Counted from the whole stretch's first letter, positions 34,555 to 48,058 are shown. The stretch: DNA of 62,803 bases, filler included, from Craspedostauros australis (GCA_030167865.1; 3 parts of 3 records of this genome joined end to end with filler, not necessarily neighbours in it), one strand, 5' to 3'. The notes: generated by a model not told the origin, from the letters alone. A program made the numbers and translations.

Positions 34555-35595
34555 ATGAACAACCAGTTGCTTGGCAATACCTCAGAGCACTCCATCACTC
34601 AGGAGTCTCTCTGGTTCTGGGAGACCAAGCTCACCGACACCAACCCTAGCAACGACAATAGTCACAATGGCAACGGCAACAACACGCGCAACGGCCGCAA
34701 GAAAGTCAACTCCAGCCTCGCTTCGTCCTTATCGGCCATTCCGTCTGTGATTCCATCCGCGATGGAGGTAACGCCCACGCAATCGCCCAACTCTAGCATC
34801 CTCTACTCCAACGCCAACATGAACGCCAACGTGACCAGAGGCAGGGAAATGGACCAACACCACCACCTTCTCCTTCCACCACAACTCAACCTGCAGCAAC
34901 AGAGACAGTCGCAGCTGAAGCCACAGACCACATCGCAAACAATGCAACAATCAGGAGAACTGGTCTACCCATCCACCTTCAACCGATCAGCCAACATCCC
35001 AATCATCCGGAACAACTACGACGCAACAACCGATGCTGACAGGGAGCTTGAGATGTGTGCAAGGATGAGGGATGATCAGCTCTACTCTCGTCTCGTGCAG
35101 GGCATCCGCAAGCAGAAACAGCAGAAGCGGAAGGGCCGTGACAGTGGCAACCGCCTGGATGGCGTTGGAAGTTTGCACTCCAATGAGAGCAGCAGCAACC
35201 TCAACGGCGATGCCAACGCTGGCAACAACGCCCCTGGAAGCAACCTCCACAACAGCCTTCATAACCATCACAACAGCAGCTCGAGCCTCCGGGATCACAA
35301 CGAGGAGTGCATCCAAAAGATCCACAAGACGCGCTACTCCACCCCCCTCGATCATCACAACGACGACGAGAGCACAGGCTCATTCTGTGATGGCACCAGC
35401 GGCGACGAAGGCATCTCTCATGACGAACACCTCCTGCTTCAACACCAACTGCAACAGACCTACATCACAGATGCCATTCCTCTCGACCTCCATGTCAACG
35501 AAGAGTCCCACTACGAGGACTACTGGATCCACCCGCACGAGGATCGGTCAGAGGATCCGTCGGAGGACGGCGACGCCTTCGATCTTGAGCTTTGA
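34555..35595 (+). CDS. Low-complexity hypothetical protein (N/Q/H-rich)
   Basis: Coding-like codon usage, a single helical motif RDDQLYSRLVQGIR and an acidic end DAFDLEL. Confidence 0.65.
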   Translation: MNNQLLGNTSEHSITQESLWFWETKLTDTNPSNDNSHNGNGNNTRNGRKKVNSSLASSLSAIPSVIPSAMEVTPTQSPNSSILYSNANMNANVTRGREMDQHHHLLLPPQLNLQQQRQSQLKPQTTSQTMQQSGELVYPSTFNRSANIPIIRNNYDATTDADRELEMCARMRDDQLYSRLVQGIRKQKQQKRKGRDSGNRLDGVGSLHSNESSSNLNGDANAGNNAPGSNLHNSLHNHHNSSSSLRDHNEECIQKIHKTRYSTPLDHHNDDESTGSFCDGTSGDEGISHDEHLLLQHQLQQTYITDAIPLDLHVNEESHYEDYWIHPHEDRSEDPSEDGDAFDLEL

Positions 35596-36558
35596 CGGAT
35601 CACATCAATCGAAGGCCGAACAGTGGACTCGAGTACATTACTTTACTCTACTCTGCTACAATGTGGTTCACTCTTGGAGACCATGAACCACAACACCTCT
35701 GATGGAAGCTTCCTTGGCTTCCCACCGTCCTACAGCAGGGATGTTTCGGTGCCCCAATCTTCCAACTCGCGCGCCATTCTTGTTCAGGCAGCGAATTCAA
35801 CCGGAGCACCTGCATGGAGAGCACGATCCTCTGCTCTGCTCCGCTCCCATTCACCTCACTTTTTCATCTATCTTCCATCGACGATTTTGAACGAATTATA
35901 CCACAAGGTGCATCACCAACCCATAGCATCTATCATCAGCTCACCACATCAACCAACGTGCAAGCAAACGAGCCTTCCATCCACTCAATGCAAACCTCGC
36001 AAAACGACTCAACACAACGTCCACATATTTTTGAACATACAAGTGCTCCTTCTCGAGTACCACAACAATAGAAATCCACTTTTTTCCAATCAACGCCAAC
36101 CTTCTACTACCACTCCATCGTATCTCTCTAGTGAGCTACAGGTCTGCTCCCAAACCGACAACCAACGAGCCCCAACACTAATCCTCCAGCGGAGGGTCCT
36201 AGAATATTTCATAAAGAGTGCCACAGAAAGCACGAAGAAGGCATAAGTTCGCCAACTCTTCCAAACAAAGATACAAGGCCATAAGCTCCAGAACTAACAG
36301 CCACAACAACAACAACACTAACACTAGGAACAAGGCGATAGAGCAGTGGATTAATAGTAGAATATGCTGGTTGGTAACAACACCCACCGCAACCACCCAT
36401 TTTGCATGTGTTCAACTGTGCCCCTTGATTCCCTCCGCCCCGTGCATGTCAGGCCGCTTCGTTTTTTCACACGCACGTTCTCCCACCTCTTTGTGTTTCT
36501 CGCAATCTCGCAATCTTCTGACCAAAATGTGAGAAGGAATCACCAGCGTCCGATGGCG

Positions 36559-36782
36559 GTGACGTCACATTGTCAGCGAGAAATGTCGTTGCAATTCTGT
36601 TTTTTGACTGATTCGAGTTCACTATTCCGACGTGACGTTCAGAGGATCCCGATGTCGCTGACGCGGGGGAATGGCAGGCTGTGTCCGGGACCAATCAAGA
36701 AGTGCGACGCAGTGGCGTGGGGTCACGAATTGAACTCGTGACTCGGGGGCTTCGTGACGTCGTGAGACCAGTCGAGCCAATG
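36559..36782. promoter_or_regulatory. Cluster of TGACG(T/C) bZIP-type sites and CCAAT boxes
   Basis: GTGACGTCAC 36559-36568, TGACGT 36633, TGACGC 36659, TGACGT 36755, CCAAT ~36691 and ~36777. Confidence 0.4.
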
Positions 36783-38719
36783 GGAGGCAATGACAGTTGA
36801 CTCAAGTGATCAAAGTCGTTTCATTTGTTTGTCCAATCGTGCTAGAGGTTCCACGACTGGATTTGATACCTTTTCGCAACCTCCGCACACCAACCAACAC
36901 GGACACAATCAAGCGAACATTCTGGCATCATGGATCCATTACGCTCTGTTGTTGTTGTTGTGGTTGCATCTGCGAAGACAGATGTGCATGCGTCACGCAA
37001 ACAGCGCTAACACAAGCGTGCATGATGCTGCAGACCCCTATCATATTGTGTAATAGAATACTATTCTATTATATGTACTATTACAGAATATTGTATAATA
37101 CTTCCCAATTGGGCCTTGGTTCCGAGGTATGAATAGCGAATGAAGAGATTGGAGGGAGGAAATTGGCTACCGCCTCCACCCTTCGTTCTGTCATCCAAGC
37201 ACGGCTTTCTACTCTACATGTTTTCATTGAGGTACCGTAAACTTCTTTAGGAGGCGCTCCATTCATGTAATGCATTGTTCTCTGTTCAACTCTGTCGCTG
37301 GCACCACTGACGGGCATATTGACAGATAGGCATGCGAGAGCCTGACCGCCATCTATGGTTTCGTATTGTTCTGCTGCTCTTGATTTGGTTTCTATTTTCA
37401 TCAAGAAAAAGGAGAAACAGACGAAATGGAGGACTCGGGATGAAAGATTGTGCTGTTTTTGGGTTGCTGTCCTCATGTGTGCACGATGTTATCAAGACCG
37501 ATGCGGTTTTCTTTGTAGTTGGGCCGCAGTGCATGAAACAGCATTTGGTGGATGATGTGAGTGTACGAGCTTTGGTACGAGCCTACCATGCGATAACAGG
37601 GTACGGAGATGGAGCACAATGGCCATACGCCATGTCCGACGCCAATTCAAACGCAGGGGAACATCACTCCTTCTGCTCGCGGCCTGTGGCTCCTCCACGC
37701 TCACCAGCCACGAGTTGGACACGAAGAGGAAAACTATCTGCTCGCGTGAACGCGAACCTTCCGTTAATTCCAGTCACAACAGATCGTGCTCGTAAGCTTG
37801 CTTCTGGTTTGTGCAGTCTTCGTTGTCGATGTTACCGAATTCTCGCCTTCTTTGTTTTGCGTGGTTCCGTGTCCTGGTACGTGTAATCCACAACTTGTGC
37901 AGGGACAACACCTGGGGTGCGAATGGAACCCGAGAATGTTCAGGGGGAGAAACATGGCTCGTGCGTGTACGTTTTGTACGACCTACTCATGCGTGTTCGT
38001 GGCGAAGGTAACTTTGCATGGGAGAGTAGCTCGCGGGTGCATCACTGCCCACGCATTGCCGTCAACTTCGCCTTTGTTGGAGCTGTGCTTCGGTTCGGAT
38101 CTCATCCGGCCCTGCGTCTTTGTTGCCGCCCCACCGAGGAATGCAGTTCAGGAAAGGAGACAAAGAGAGACTCCTGTGTACTTATGGTGTACAGATGAGC
38201 CAACGCAACCAGAAGGGCTCGTGGGAGTACAAAGACAACTCTGTGGTGAAGTACACACAATTGCTGGCTCTACCAGAGCAGAGCGAGAGAAGGGGTTTCA
38301 AAAGTGTGCGCTACTTTAGCTTTGGCTCTACCGATACGCTGGCATGTCTGTGAATGCTCTAGGATGGCGCAGCGAGTTGGTGCTATCGTCTTTTGCAACT
38401 TGTGTAGTTTCGCATACGAGTTTGTAGGATACGTTGAGTAGACTTGAGACGCCTTTGTGCACAGGTGCATCTGATGCCTGTATGGTACAATGACGCCAGC
38501 AGCCGACCCAAGCTGATGTGATTGCTCATGGTGATATCAACCAAAATGTCGATGGTACATCTACCCCTGCTCAGTTCCAAAGTACCATCTCCGATGAGCG
38601 CCCATACTACTCGTACAATAGTCCTCTCGTCAGTGACATTGTAGCCACCAACTCCGCTGCGCCTTTCGCAACATATACGTACTCGTCTGCCGGGATCGAA
38701 ATTGGCAATCGGAACGAAT

Positions 38720-40708
38720 TCAGGGATCCCCTGGAGCGCGTTGTGAATTCTGTGATGAAGTGGACTGTTGCTGTTGCTGTTGCTGCTGTCCCCTGAGGTA
38801 CTCTTGCAGCAGCACCGAATCGAGAAGCTCTGGGTTCGAAAGCAATTGTTGACGTTCTATATCAGAGAGGTTTTGTAGCATGCTGCTTGCCTGTGTTCCT
38901 TGCAGGAGACCATTCCCGAGTGCCTGCTGCCGTTGCTGCTGCAACCGTTGCTGATCGAGCATGGCATTCTGTTGCATGCTCTGCTGCAGACTCTGCGGGA
39001 AGCCCGAAAGCAGCGAGTGCTGCTGCTGCTGCTGCTGACGATGTCTCGACAACATATCGATGGCTGTGATCGGAGGCATGTGAGAGCCAGCAATGTTGGC
39101 TGCCTGGTGCTGAGCTATGCCCATCCCGGACTGTTGTCTTGCCCGAATGCTTGCTGCGAGAGCAAGAAGCTGGTCGCTTTCCGCAAGCAAGTCTTGCGCT
39201 GATCTGTGTTGAGCTGGTAGGTCTTGCTGGCCCTGTTGACTTCCCCCTCCCGCCGCCGCTACTGCTGCTGACGACGCCGCAGCGGCGGCTTGCATCTGTT
39301 CCTCAATAGTATTCCTGGGCAACGCGTTTGTTCCAATCGCTGGAGTTCCGTCTACTGCTGTTGCTGTTGCATCTGCTGCAGATGTCTTCGGTGATGCGTT
39401 GTTGGTAGTGTTGGGCAGAGCATGTAGCATGGCGTGCACCGGTACAGCGGATGGTAGTTGCGACGAAGGTTGCGCAATGATATTCGCATTCGTGTCCCCG
39501 CCAGCCGAATTGGTCGCTGCTGCTGATGTTGACGACAAGTTGACCAGGTGAGGCAGGATATTCCCAAGAGCATTTCCTCCGCCGAGGAGGCTTGAGTACG
39601 TAGCAAGGGCCGCAGCGGCATTGTCTGGGAATGTCGACTGCAGTCTTTGCTGTTCGATCTGCAGGCCCAATCCTCCTTGCTCTGATGCTGCCGAATGCTG
39701 CCTTTGCAGCAGCGCCGAGGTCGAGTTTGGATGTGCAGAAAGCAGTGTGCTCAGGAGCTGGTTCTGACCAGACATGATGGTGGCTGTGTTGTTGCTGGCA
39801 ACAGCGGCGGCGGTGGCTGCCTGCACCTCTTCTTCTGTAGGCATGGAGGTGTGAGATAATCTCGCTGACACCGCTCGCTCAAGAAAGCTCGATCCACCAT
39901 GAAGCTGTGAGAGCCTCTGGTCGTTCATGATCTCCGTGAGTCCAAGGAGCCTGGACGACGCGATGGCCTCCGGGTCGAGGCCGCCCAGTTCAGGGTTGCC
40001 CAGCTGTTTCATTTCTCTGCCGTATCGCAGGGAACGTTCCAGGACGTCGTTGGATATTGCGTTTGGGTGAGCCTGTGGTGCAGGGACGGATCCAACGATG
40101 TCACCACCCAGTGATGGGGAGGGCATGGAAAGTGCCGCAGATGACTGCTCTGCCTCTTTCTGATGCAGCCGATCACGTTCCATCCTGCTGGCCTCCACCA
40201 TCGATGATTCGTACTCCTTCACCTCCGAACGGTAACGCTCCAAGTCCTGTGCAGCCAGGTCGTTGTACTGTTTCTTAGTATCCGGCGGCAACGATTTCCA
40301 CCTGGCCCCGATCTTCCGAACCAGCGTCTGATAGCTGCTCACACCATCCTCGGCCTTGTCGGCGGGGCTGTCCTCCATGGAAAGACGAGGTCGCTCGTCT
40401 TTGAAGAACAAGTTGTACGCAGAGAGGGGTCTCTTGGGGTATCCCTTTGGTTTCTGCACCTTCGTCCGGCGCTTGGTCTTGCTTTGAGGGCCATTCCGAG
40501 CCTTGTCCTTTCCTGACCGTTTTTTGGAAGATCCATCCGCCGATCCCGAGCGACTTTTAGAGGCGGAAGATGCTGGCGCAGAGGCATGCTTCCCACTGTC
40601 GCTGCTGGAGGCTGGGTTGCTGCCAGCCGGTCTGCCGAAACGACCAGTACTCTTCATCCCGTCTGGCTTGTGATCCTTCGGCTCACCGTCGCTGTTGGAC
40701 TGATCCAT
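38720..40708 (-). CDS. HMG-box transcription factor with Q-rich activation-like tail
   Basis: PKRPLSAYNLFFKDERPRL...LVRKIGARWKSL...YNDLAAQDLERYRSEVKEY, then a long Q/A/S-rich region. Confidence 0.92.
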   Translation of the reverse strand: MDQSNSDGEPKDHKPDGMKSTGRFGRPAGSNPASSSDSGKHASAPASSASKSRSGSADGSSKKRSGKDKARNGPQSKTKRRTKVQKPKGYPKRPLSAYNLFFKDERPRLSMEDSPADKAEDGVSSYQTLVRKIGARWKSLPPDTKKQYNDLAAQDLERYRSEVKEYESSMVEASRMERDRLHQKEAEQSSAALSMPSPSLGGDIVGSVPAPQAHPNAISNDVLERSLRYGREMKQLGNPELGGLDPEAIASSRLLGLTEIMNDQRLSQLHGGSSFLERAVSARLSHTSMPTEEEVQAATAAAVASNNTATIMSGQNQLLSTLLSAHPNSTSALLQRQHSAASEQGGLGLQIEQQRLQSTFPDNAAAALATYSSLLGGGNALGNILPHLVNLSSTSAAATNSAGGDTNANIIAQPSSQLPSAVPVHAMLHALPNTTNNASPKTSAADATATAVDGTPAIGTNALPRNTIEEQMQAAAAASSAAVAAAGGGSQQGQQDLPAQHRSAQDLLAESDQLLALAASIRARQQSGMGIAQHQAANIAGSHMPPITAIDMLSRHRQQQQQQHSLLSGFPQSLQQSMQQNAMLDQQRLQQQRQQALGNGLLQGTQASSMLQNLSDIERQQLLSNPELLDSVLLQEYLRGQQQQQQQQSTSSQNSQRAPGDP

Positions 40709-43700
40709 GGTTGTTGATGTTGCCTTGACTGTCGTCTTTGCTGTTGGTGCTGTTTGACCTCGATTGGTTTGATCTCAAGTTCTGTCGATCCTCGTAGATG
40801 ATCAATACTGAATGATGAATGGCCGACGCTGGATGAACTGGCAACTTTGTTCGAGTCTCGCGTCGTGGCGTGCGCTGGGGAATGGTGTGCTGACTGCTTT
40901 GTGGATGGTCTTGCACAAGTGGATCGAGCGCAAGTGTGAACACAGATGCAGATACCGTCCTGTTTGTGGGTGTGGGCATTGACGTTGCTATTGCTATTGC
41001 TATTGCTATTGCTATTGTTGTCCGAGACGACGGGCGGTAGATCAAGATCAGTCCAATGTTGGTTGGGTATGCTGCGAGTATGGGGGTCGCAGATACCAAA
41101 GACCGTGGATTATGTGTGGCATGTGCCTCGCATTGGTATGTATATGTGTATGTAAGGCGCACAACTGGGCCATGCGCAAACACAAGTACGTGGGGGCAAT
41201 GGGATCGACAAGAAAAACCAGGACGCAACAACGGGTGCGGTGTACCAACAAGCGCAAACACAAACGCAGCGGGCCCATCCAACTTCACCGCCCACCAAAA
41301 CTCGGCCAGGCCTGACCTGGGTGGGGGTTGCGCATCATCTCGACCGGACTGCGGAATGCCAAGCATCGACACGCAAAGAAACATGTCCCAAATGATGGGC
41401 CATTACTGTGAAGTGACGACTGACACTTGGCTGTCTTTGATGAGTTCACCGAATTCTCCCTTTCAAGGAGGTCTTTGTAACTAGGTTAAATCTACGCCAC
41501 CTTCGCTTGATGCTTGTGATGAATGACAGGAGAGATATTTTGCTACCGCGATGCCCTGAGGCGCCTCCATTGAACAAACTGTCTTCCTGTGTGCGAACTG
41601 CTGCACTTCACGAGTACATCCGACCCTTGGTTAATTTTCGTCCTGCGCAGGGATGACAAAACTATTGCCATGGCTGGAAACATCATCTGGACACTATGCG
41701 TCGAGCAGCGTTCTTTTGCAGCAGTGGTACCTCTTCGTTCTGTCTCGTTCGTGAAACATACAGAATGCCAGGGACACGCCACAACCATCCTATCGGCTCT
41801 CATAACTGTTTGCCCAGGTCGTGGCGATGTTGGTGCTCTCGTTCGCAGCGACCAAGGTGATGATTGTTGGCATGGAGATGGTAATGCTTGCCCTGCCTTT
41901 TCTCTCTTTTCTTTCCCCACGATGTCCACGGCGAGGGTTTCTCTTGTTCTGCAGTCGCTCCACGGTTTTGTCGCAATACCCGCACTGTCATGACAAAGAG
42001 GAGCGGAACAAGAATGGGTGATGTGCTATACAAACTCGTACGTGCAGTCGTGGCGGGAGTACGATATCACCATGGTTGGAATGGACCAGCCACCGGTGCT
42101 GGCCGACTGGTCTCTTCTTGATGCCTCCACTACGGATAATCAGCAAGCAGAGAAAGCCACACGAGATTAGGAGGCGGTGCGTATTCGCACGAGTACGAGG
42201 AGGCGTATGGTCCCCACTAGCAGATCTGTTGTATCCCTTGGTGATTTGGGCAGAATCGGAGAGGAGGTCAATGCATTCATTCGATGCGCCGCTACCGCAC
42301 AAAAACACCGGTGTCACGCTGGCGCTGAGGGATGGAGGTTCTCCCTTTGCCAGTTTTCATGGTTGCTGAGATCATCCTCAGCTGTTGGTGTCGCGTCGTG
42401 TCGTCTGGCGAAAAAGCCGGCATTCGCCGGGGTCGACGTTGTCCACGAGCCGGCTCGGAGTGGGCAGACTCGTGGCTGTCTAGGGATGAACAACGATGAA
42501 TAGCAGCACACGGTGCCACCGTATGGCACGAGTACGGAACCCTGGGGCGCTCGTATTCATCCTCGCTGCCGCAAACAGGAGAGCACCACGACCTACGGCT
42601 ACGAGTGAGGGCACGAACTACGTTTGTGCAAGGACGATGCGTGCCTGGGCAGCATGCTGGCCTGCGGCGTGCATGTGGTACAATCTCTCTCTCTCTCCGC
42701 AACTTCGCAATGGTTCCAGCATGATGATGACGATGACGATGACGGCGATCGAAGCAGCGCTCGCGGAGGTGAAGAATGACGTCGCTCGGGTCCGCAGGTA
42801 GAAACAGCCATCAAGAAATGTGCGCTGACATGTACATGCTCGTGTCACGGGCATGCATGATGCTACAGCAGTTGAGGACGGTGGATGTTGTAAATAGAAT
42901 AGAATAGATTGGAACCGAGTGTAACACAACGTCATTCGCTTCTCACCGACAAAAGCAAACAGCCAGATGCTCCCATGATGATGTCTTCGTATGCGTCCTT
43001 GCAGGGTATCTGTACTCAGCGAATGCAACTACTCGTGGATCAACAAACTGGCTCGTACCAATACGCGTATTCACTTGGAGGTAGGTGCCGCCCAGCAAAA
43101 CAGCGCAAGGTCATTGCAAACGATTGCATCCAAGATAGCCACAGCCATGGCATCCATTTATTGCGAGTCGAATGTAACGGGTGCATGGATTTGCTCGGCG
43201 AAGAAGCGGCGGCGCATCGAATTGCGCTGCCTCATGCTGTATCGCATCGCGACCCAATAGATATTTGGGAGGCGAAGCTGTTGGTGACGGCATGTGATAG
43301 ATGCGACTAAACCTGCCTTCTTGTGCGGGGATGTTACGAGTACTTGGTACGAACGCAACACAGAGAGAGGCAGTAGGTGGACATGAATGGCACTATGCCG
43401 CACTCGCGCATATTATTATAATATTTCATAACAGTAGATAGCCTGCGTCTCGCATCCCTCCGATCTCCCTTGAAATAGAGTAGCATACGAGCCAGAGTAG
43501 AAGAGGGAAGAGGAGAGGACCCAACATGACAAAGGATCCTCACAGCATCGACCTGGTCGGGTTGGACTTGGCTTGGTTCGGCTCAGCTCAGCTGGGCTGG
43601 GCCTGTGGCTGAGACCTCCCTTTGATTCTGTATGGTACGTGTCCATAGTAAGCGACGGCCAGGCTGCTGTTCCCTTGCACGTTATGTGATAAAATGGACC

Positions 43701-46700
43701 AAGACCAAGCCACATCACCAGTGTTCTGCAACGCGCATAGTCACGACCATGATGCTGACATGCGATTTGCGTCCTGGACGAAACTTCGGGATTGGGGCAA
43801 AGATTCGCACCTTGTGGACAGGAAGTGAAAGCGCAAGAACACACGGGCGCGACCCCTCTCTTGGGTATCTGCCTTTGTTGGGACCAAGGACATCCTATCC
43901 ATTCATTCTGCTCTTACGTCTCTTGTTTCAAAGAGAGTATTTGTATGCTGGGAGTGTCGTGATAGTTCTGAGGGGGTACTTGAGACAGACAGCGTCAACC
44001 AATTCGCTCTTGCCCTTGCCCATGCTTGTGCCTGTGGTCGACGTCTCGTCGCACGGAGTCAGGTCACAACGCCACACATGCGGTACGTATCGCGATGCCC
44101 CTGAGCAGAATCGTTCCGTGCCACTGTTCTATTGGTGCTCTACGACTAGTCGTATGCCAACTCATCTGCTGTCCGAGTCTGGCGAGCACCTACTCGTGCA
44201 GCAGACGCCTGTCGCGGTCATTGTAGCCATCGAGTGTGGTACAATCGGCCAGGCACTGCCTCGTATCAGAGGCAACGCTCGCAATCACAATCGCAAACAC
44301 AATGGTCGCGACATGGGCGAGGGGGTGAAGTGATAGCGGAAATAGACATGCGAGGCGAAGTAGCAGTGGAAGTGGAAATGGGTACTATTATATGAAACAA
44401 GATGGAGAATGTCTGGTGCATGCGTACGAGCGATGGTACCAGGAAGACGTCGACACAAGATGGAGTGGAGTAATCGTAGAGTAGGAGCCAGGGAGGAGCA
44501 GAATAAGCGTGTGGAGTGCACCAAGGGCGGAAGTTGGATGGATTACCAACTATTCTGTTTTCACAGAGAACAAATTGATTCGCATCACGCACTCGTGTTC
44601 ACTACTACTATATATTCCTGTTCCAAAAGACCCAACTGAGAATGTTTAGTAGAACGTCGTTCACTCCTTCCAGCCTCGCCCTTCTCGGGTCATGAACGCC
44701 AAATAGACGCGTCCATACGGGCGGGAGGAGAATGCCCCATCTTTGTAGTCGGAAACCGAGTCATTTGTGCCAACGAGATTCAACTTCGGCGGCGAGAAGA
44801 AGGACACGATCGAATGACGAAGAAGCTTCTATTGTTGACCAACCGAGCCGGTGTCATGCCAAGTGCCCAACAGCGAACTGGACACCGACGTAGTCAGAAT
44901 ACATCAACCACAGCATTCTCATTCCTTCGCGGTTACCATGTGCTGCCGCTGATGCAAGCATGCTTTGTGGAATTGTCTGAAGCACCATCTACACTGGTGA
45001 GATGCCTCGCGGAGATGAGTCTTCTGCATTCTACCACGTGTACGGCCTACGAGTGTGGCTCGCTCCGCTTTGGTCGATGCTGCGCAAAGATCGTACTGCC
45101 GCCCCTTCAAGTATTCACACGATGTCTCTGTTCGTAAAAACAACGAATGTGTTGGCAATGGACGGGAGGGGGACGCGTTGAAACCGGAAGGGAGACTTAT
45201 TGTGGATGTTGTGTTCTTGCGTTGGGTGTGCCGTTGCCGCTTTGTCCGTCGATCACACCCAAGGTTCTGTCCATCACTGAAGCACAAAGCCAAACATTTA
45301 TCGTCCAGATGGGAAAAGACGGCCAACCATCGAAGCATCAAACAGGAGCAACGTCGCGCGACATTGACACTTCGAAGCACAACAGAGCGCAAGTGTCGGC
45401 CTTGCGCAACACAGCACCCGAATACAGAACGAGCTTGGGTAATCTGCGGCTGTCCGAGAGCAGAATGCGAGGAAACACAACACCATGGTGAAGCGACTCA
45501 ACAGAGGTCCAAACTGGCCCACATTGGTCCAAACCGTCGGAAAGGAGTGAACGACCACGCACTCACAAACGTACGAGTACCTGAGCGGGACAGTGACCAA
45601 AGCCATTGTGGATCAACATTTATGCAGCCCTTGGACTTTCGTACACACATTCAACAACTATGCCATCGACGAAGCCGACCAAAGGGGTTGGTCGTTGATT
45701 TCTCATCACCGTCGTGGAGATACAAAGGCACACAACTCGCTTGCCTGTTGGCACCGTACCAATACATCCGGACCACAGCAAGCGAAACAACCATGAGCTT
45801 CATTCGGCGAAGGCATCAACGTCCGTGGATATTGTGGTTCGGCTTTTTGCCTTTGTGGCTGCGAGCTCAGGAGTGTATGTATGCAAGCACTTGTACCTAT
45901 GGTGATGTTTGTATCGCTCTTTATCCGCTCACTTCAATAAATGTAGAGTAGAGTATTGGAGTACTCGTACGTGGGAGTACTCATTGGGCCGTGATTGGCT
46001 TTGCTTGCTTGAACAGATTGGTTGTGGTTGTGGTCACATTCGGCATCACGGCTGCTGTTGGAGGCGGCGTCCGAGCCACTCGTAGCGATCAGGGTTCCAG
46101 GTGGGTCGTGGGCATTCTTCCCTCCCGTGTTCATGAACAATGAAACTCCCACTTCTGCTCGTAGAATACAATACGTTGTATTCGCTACACCTATTCGTAC
46201 ATCTGTATCGATCGCAGAACGCGGATGGAATGGAATGAGCAGGCAACATTTCATGCCACCGCGAAGACGAAACGAAGAAGCCGGAGCCGTGGCGCGCGAC
46301 TTGCGAACTTGGAGCCAATCAAGGAGTGGGTGGTTTGGTACCAGAAACTGGAGGTGCTAGAATACCGCTTCTCTGGAGGATCCAACTCGACCACAACCGC
46401 ATATCTCGTGCCCAGCATCGCGGGTGGCGATGAAGCAGTCGTGACACAACACGGTATCAGGTTGAAAAAAAAGAGTGGAGTACGAGCACTGTGTGCGTAA
46501 ATGTTTCCACGAACTAAGGCAGAGAGCGGCCGCGAGGTGTTTTGATCCACCAACGCCTGGTGGCGTGTATTCCCAACGGTTGCTTGGGTCGTGTTGGTGT
46601 ACGACTGCGGGCGCACAAATGATTGCGACGCGAACGAACACGCTCTGGAGCAGGAGGTCATCGCTACGTTAGTTGGTGTCACCTTGCGCTCGTTTGGTTG

Positions 46701-47620
46701 GTTGTGTTCCCATGAATGTGGAAACGGGAGCGACGATGCTTGTTGCCGCTGATGAACGCAATCGGTTCGTTGCTGCTAATGCATCCACGGCTGACGATTG
46801 ATGTCCAACAACCAAACACTGACAGGCACGGACGCATTAGCGTGTCCGAGGCATTGGAATGAAAATCTCGTGAGAACCTCGCAATGTTGGTGCGGCTGGA
46901 AGACGCCTTTTGGCGCCAAACAAATGACGTCACCAACAATGAAATAGTTTGGTCTGATGAATCGAGATTCCCTTTATCGGACCTCGTCCAGACGCATAGT
47001 GTCAAACGTGCATTGACATCATTCTTTTGGTCGGTCGAGTCAAGAGAGGAATGATGGAGACGAATGACCCTTCTCGGTCATTGGACAGAATGTTCCCAAG
47101 GAGAAAAGGGCTGTATGCGCACCCAACGTGCGAAGCAAACAACGAAGCGAACAAGCAGGCACCCACCCTCCGCACCAGAACACGCGGTGTGTCGGCATCA
47201 TGCGATGTGAGCAGTCGCAACAACAGATCTCCCCATCATGTGTACAATTACGACAACTCGCTCCACCATTCTAATAGCATCATTGCACACGAGAGAGAGA
47301 GAACACAAGGCACAAGAGCACACAAGAGTGCGAGCATCTCTGGGCAGTGTGGAGCCACCTTCCGTGTGGACAGTCAATGCAAACCAACGTCCGCAGCAAT
47401 ACACCCAGCAACGCCAATCCTCTCCGGGAGCGCGCATCTGTGCTGACACGGCAGAACAGAAGCATAGCCAAGCCACTTGATCGGAGGATAGAGACCTTGT
47501 CATCGTCGTGTGCGTACACGGACGAGTAGACGAGCGCTCCAACGACGAGCATTCCACTCACCTCGCCTCACTTCACGCAATTTATCACACCCATCCATAC
47601 ATATTCCAGCTCGCGCTAGT

Positions 47621-47650
47621 CCACGTTAGCCCACGTTAGTCCACGCTAGT
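47621..47650. repeat. 10-bp tandem repeat CCACG(T/C)TAG(T/C) x3
   Basis: ccacgttagc ccacgttagt ccacgctagt, about 400 bp upstream of the 48059 gene. Confidence 0.75.
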
Positions 47651-48058
47651 CCGGAATCGTGCATTTACCAACACATTAGAGCGAAGCGGGCTTCCCCGGC
47701 TGGTTGACCTAAACGGCTCTCTCCCCCTTTCTTGTGATTGTTCTCGCCCTCTCGCACCAATACCTTGCCTTTGTGACCGTGGCAACCGCTCCTTTCGGCG
47801 CTTCTCTTCCTGGCACGGGAACAAAGCAACCAAGCAGGCGGAGACCTCATCGCTAGAGTTCGCGGCTCATATTCTCAGAGAGTTGGGCACAGCAGAGCAG
47901 AGTTGGTCACAGCCATCATCGGCATATTCAAAACCGGCACAAGTTCTGGAGTAGGAGATCAATCATCACCCCAGGACTCTGATTCCAGCAATCACAGAAT
48001 CAATCACAGAATCAATCACAGCAGCAGCAACAACAACAGTCGCGGACTGCGGAGATCC

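Noticed and set aside
40985..41016. (TTGCTA)n and similar microsatellites (e.g. GGGACT at ~19160) as CRISPR or telomeric arrays
   Set aside because: Short simple repeats without spacers, ordinary for UTR and promoter DNA.
42900..43400. Short protein-like frames in the long intergenic region
   Set aside because: Interrupted by stops, with no recognisable domain or splice support.
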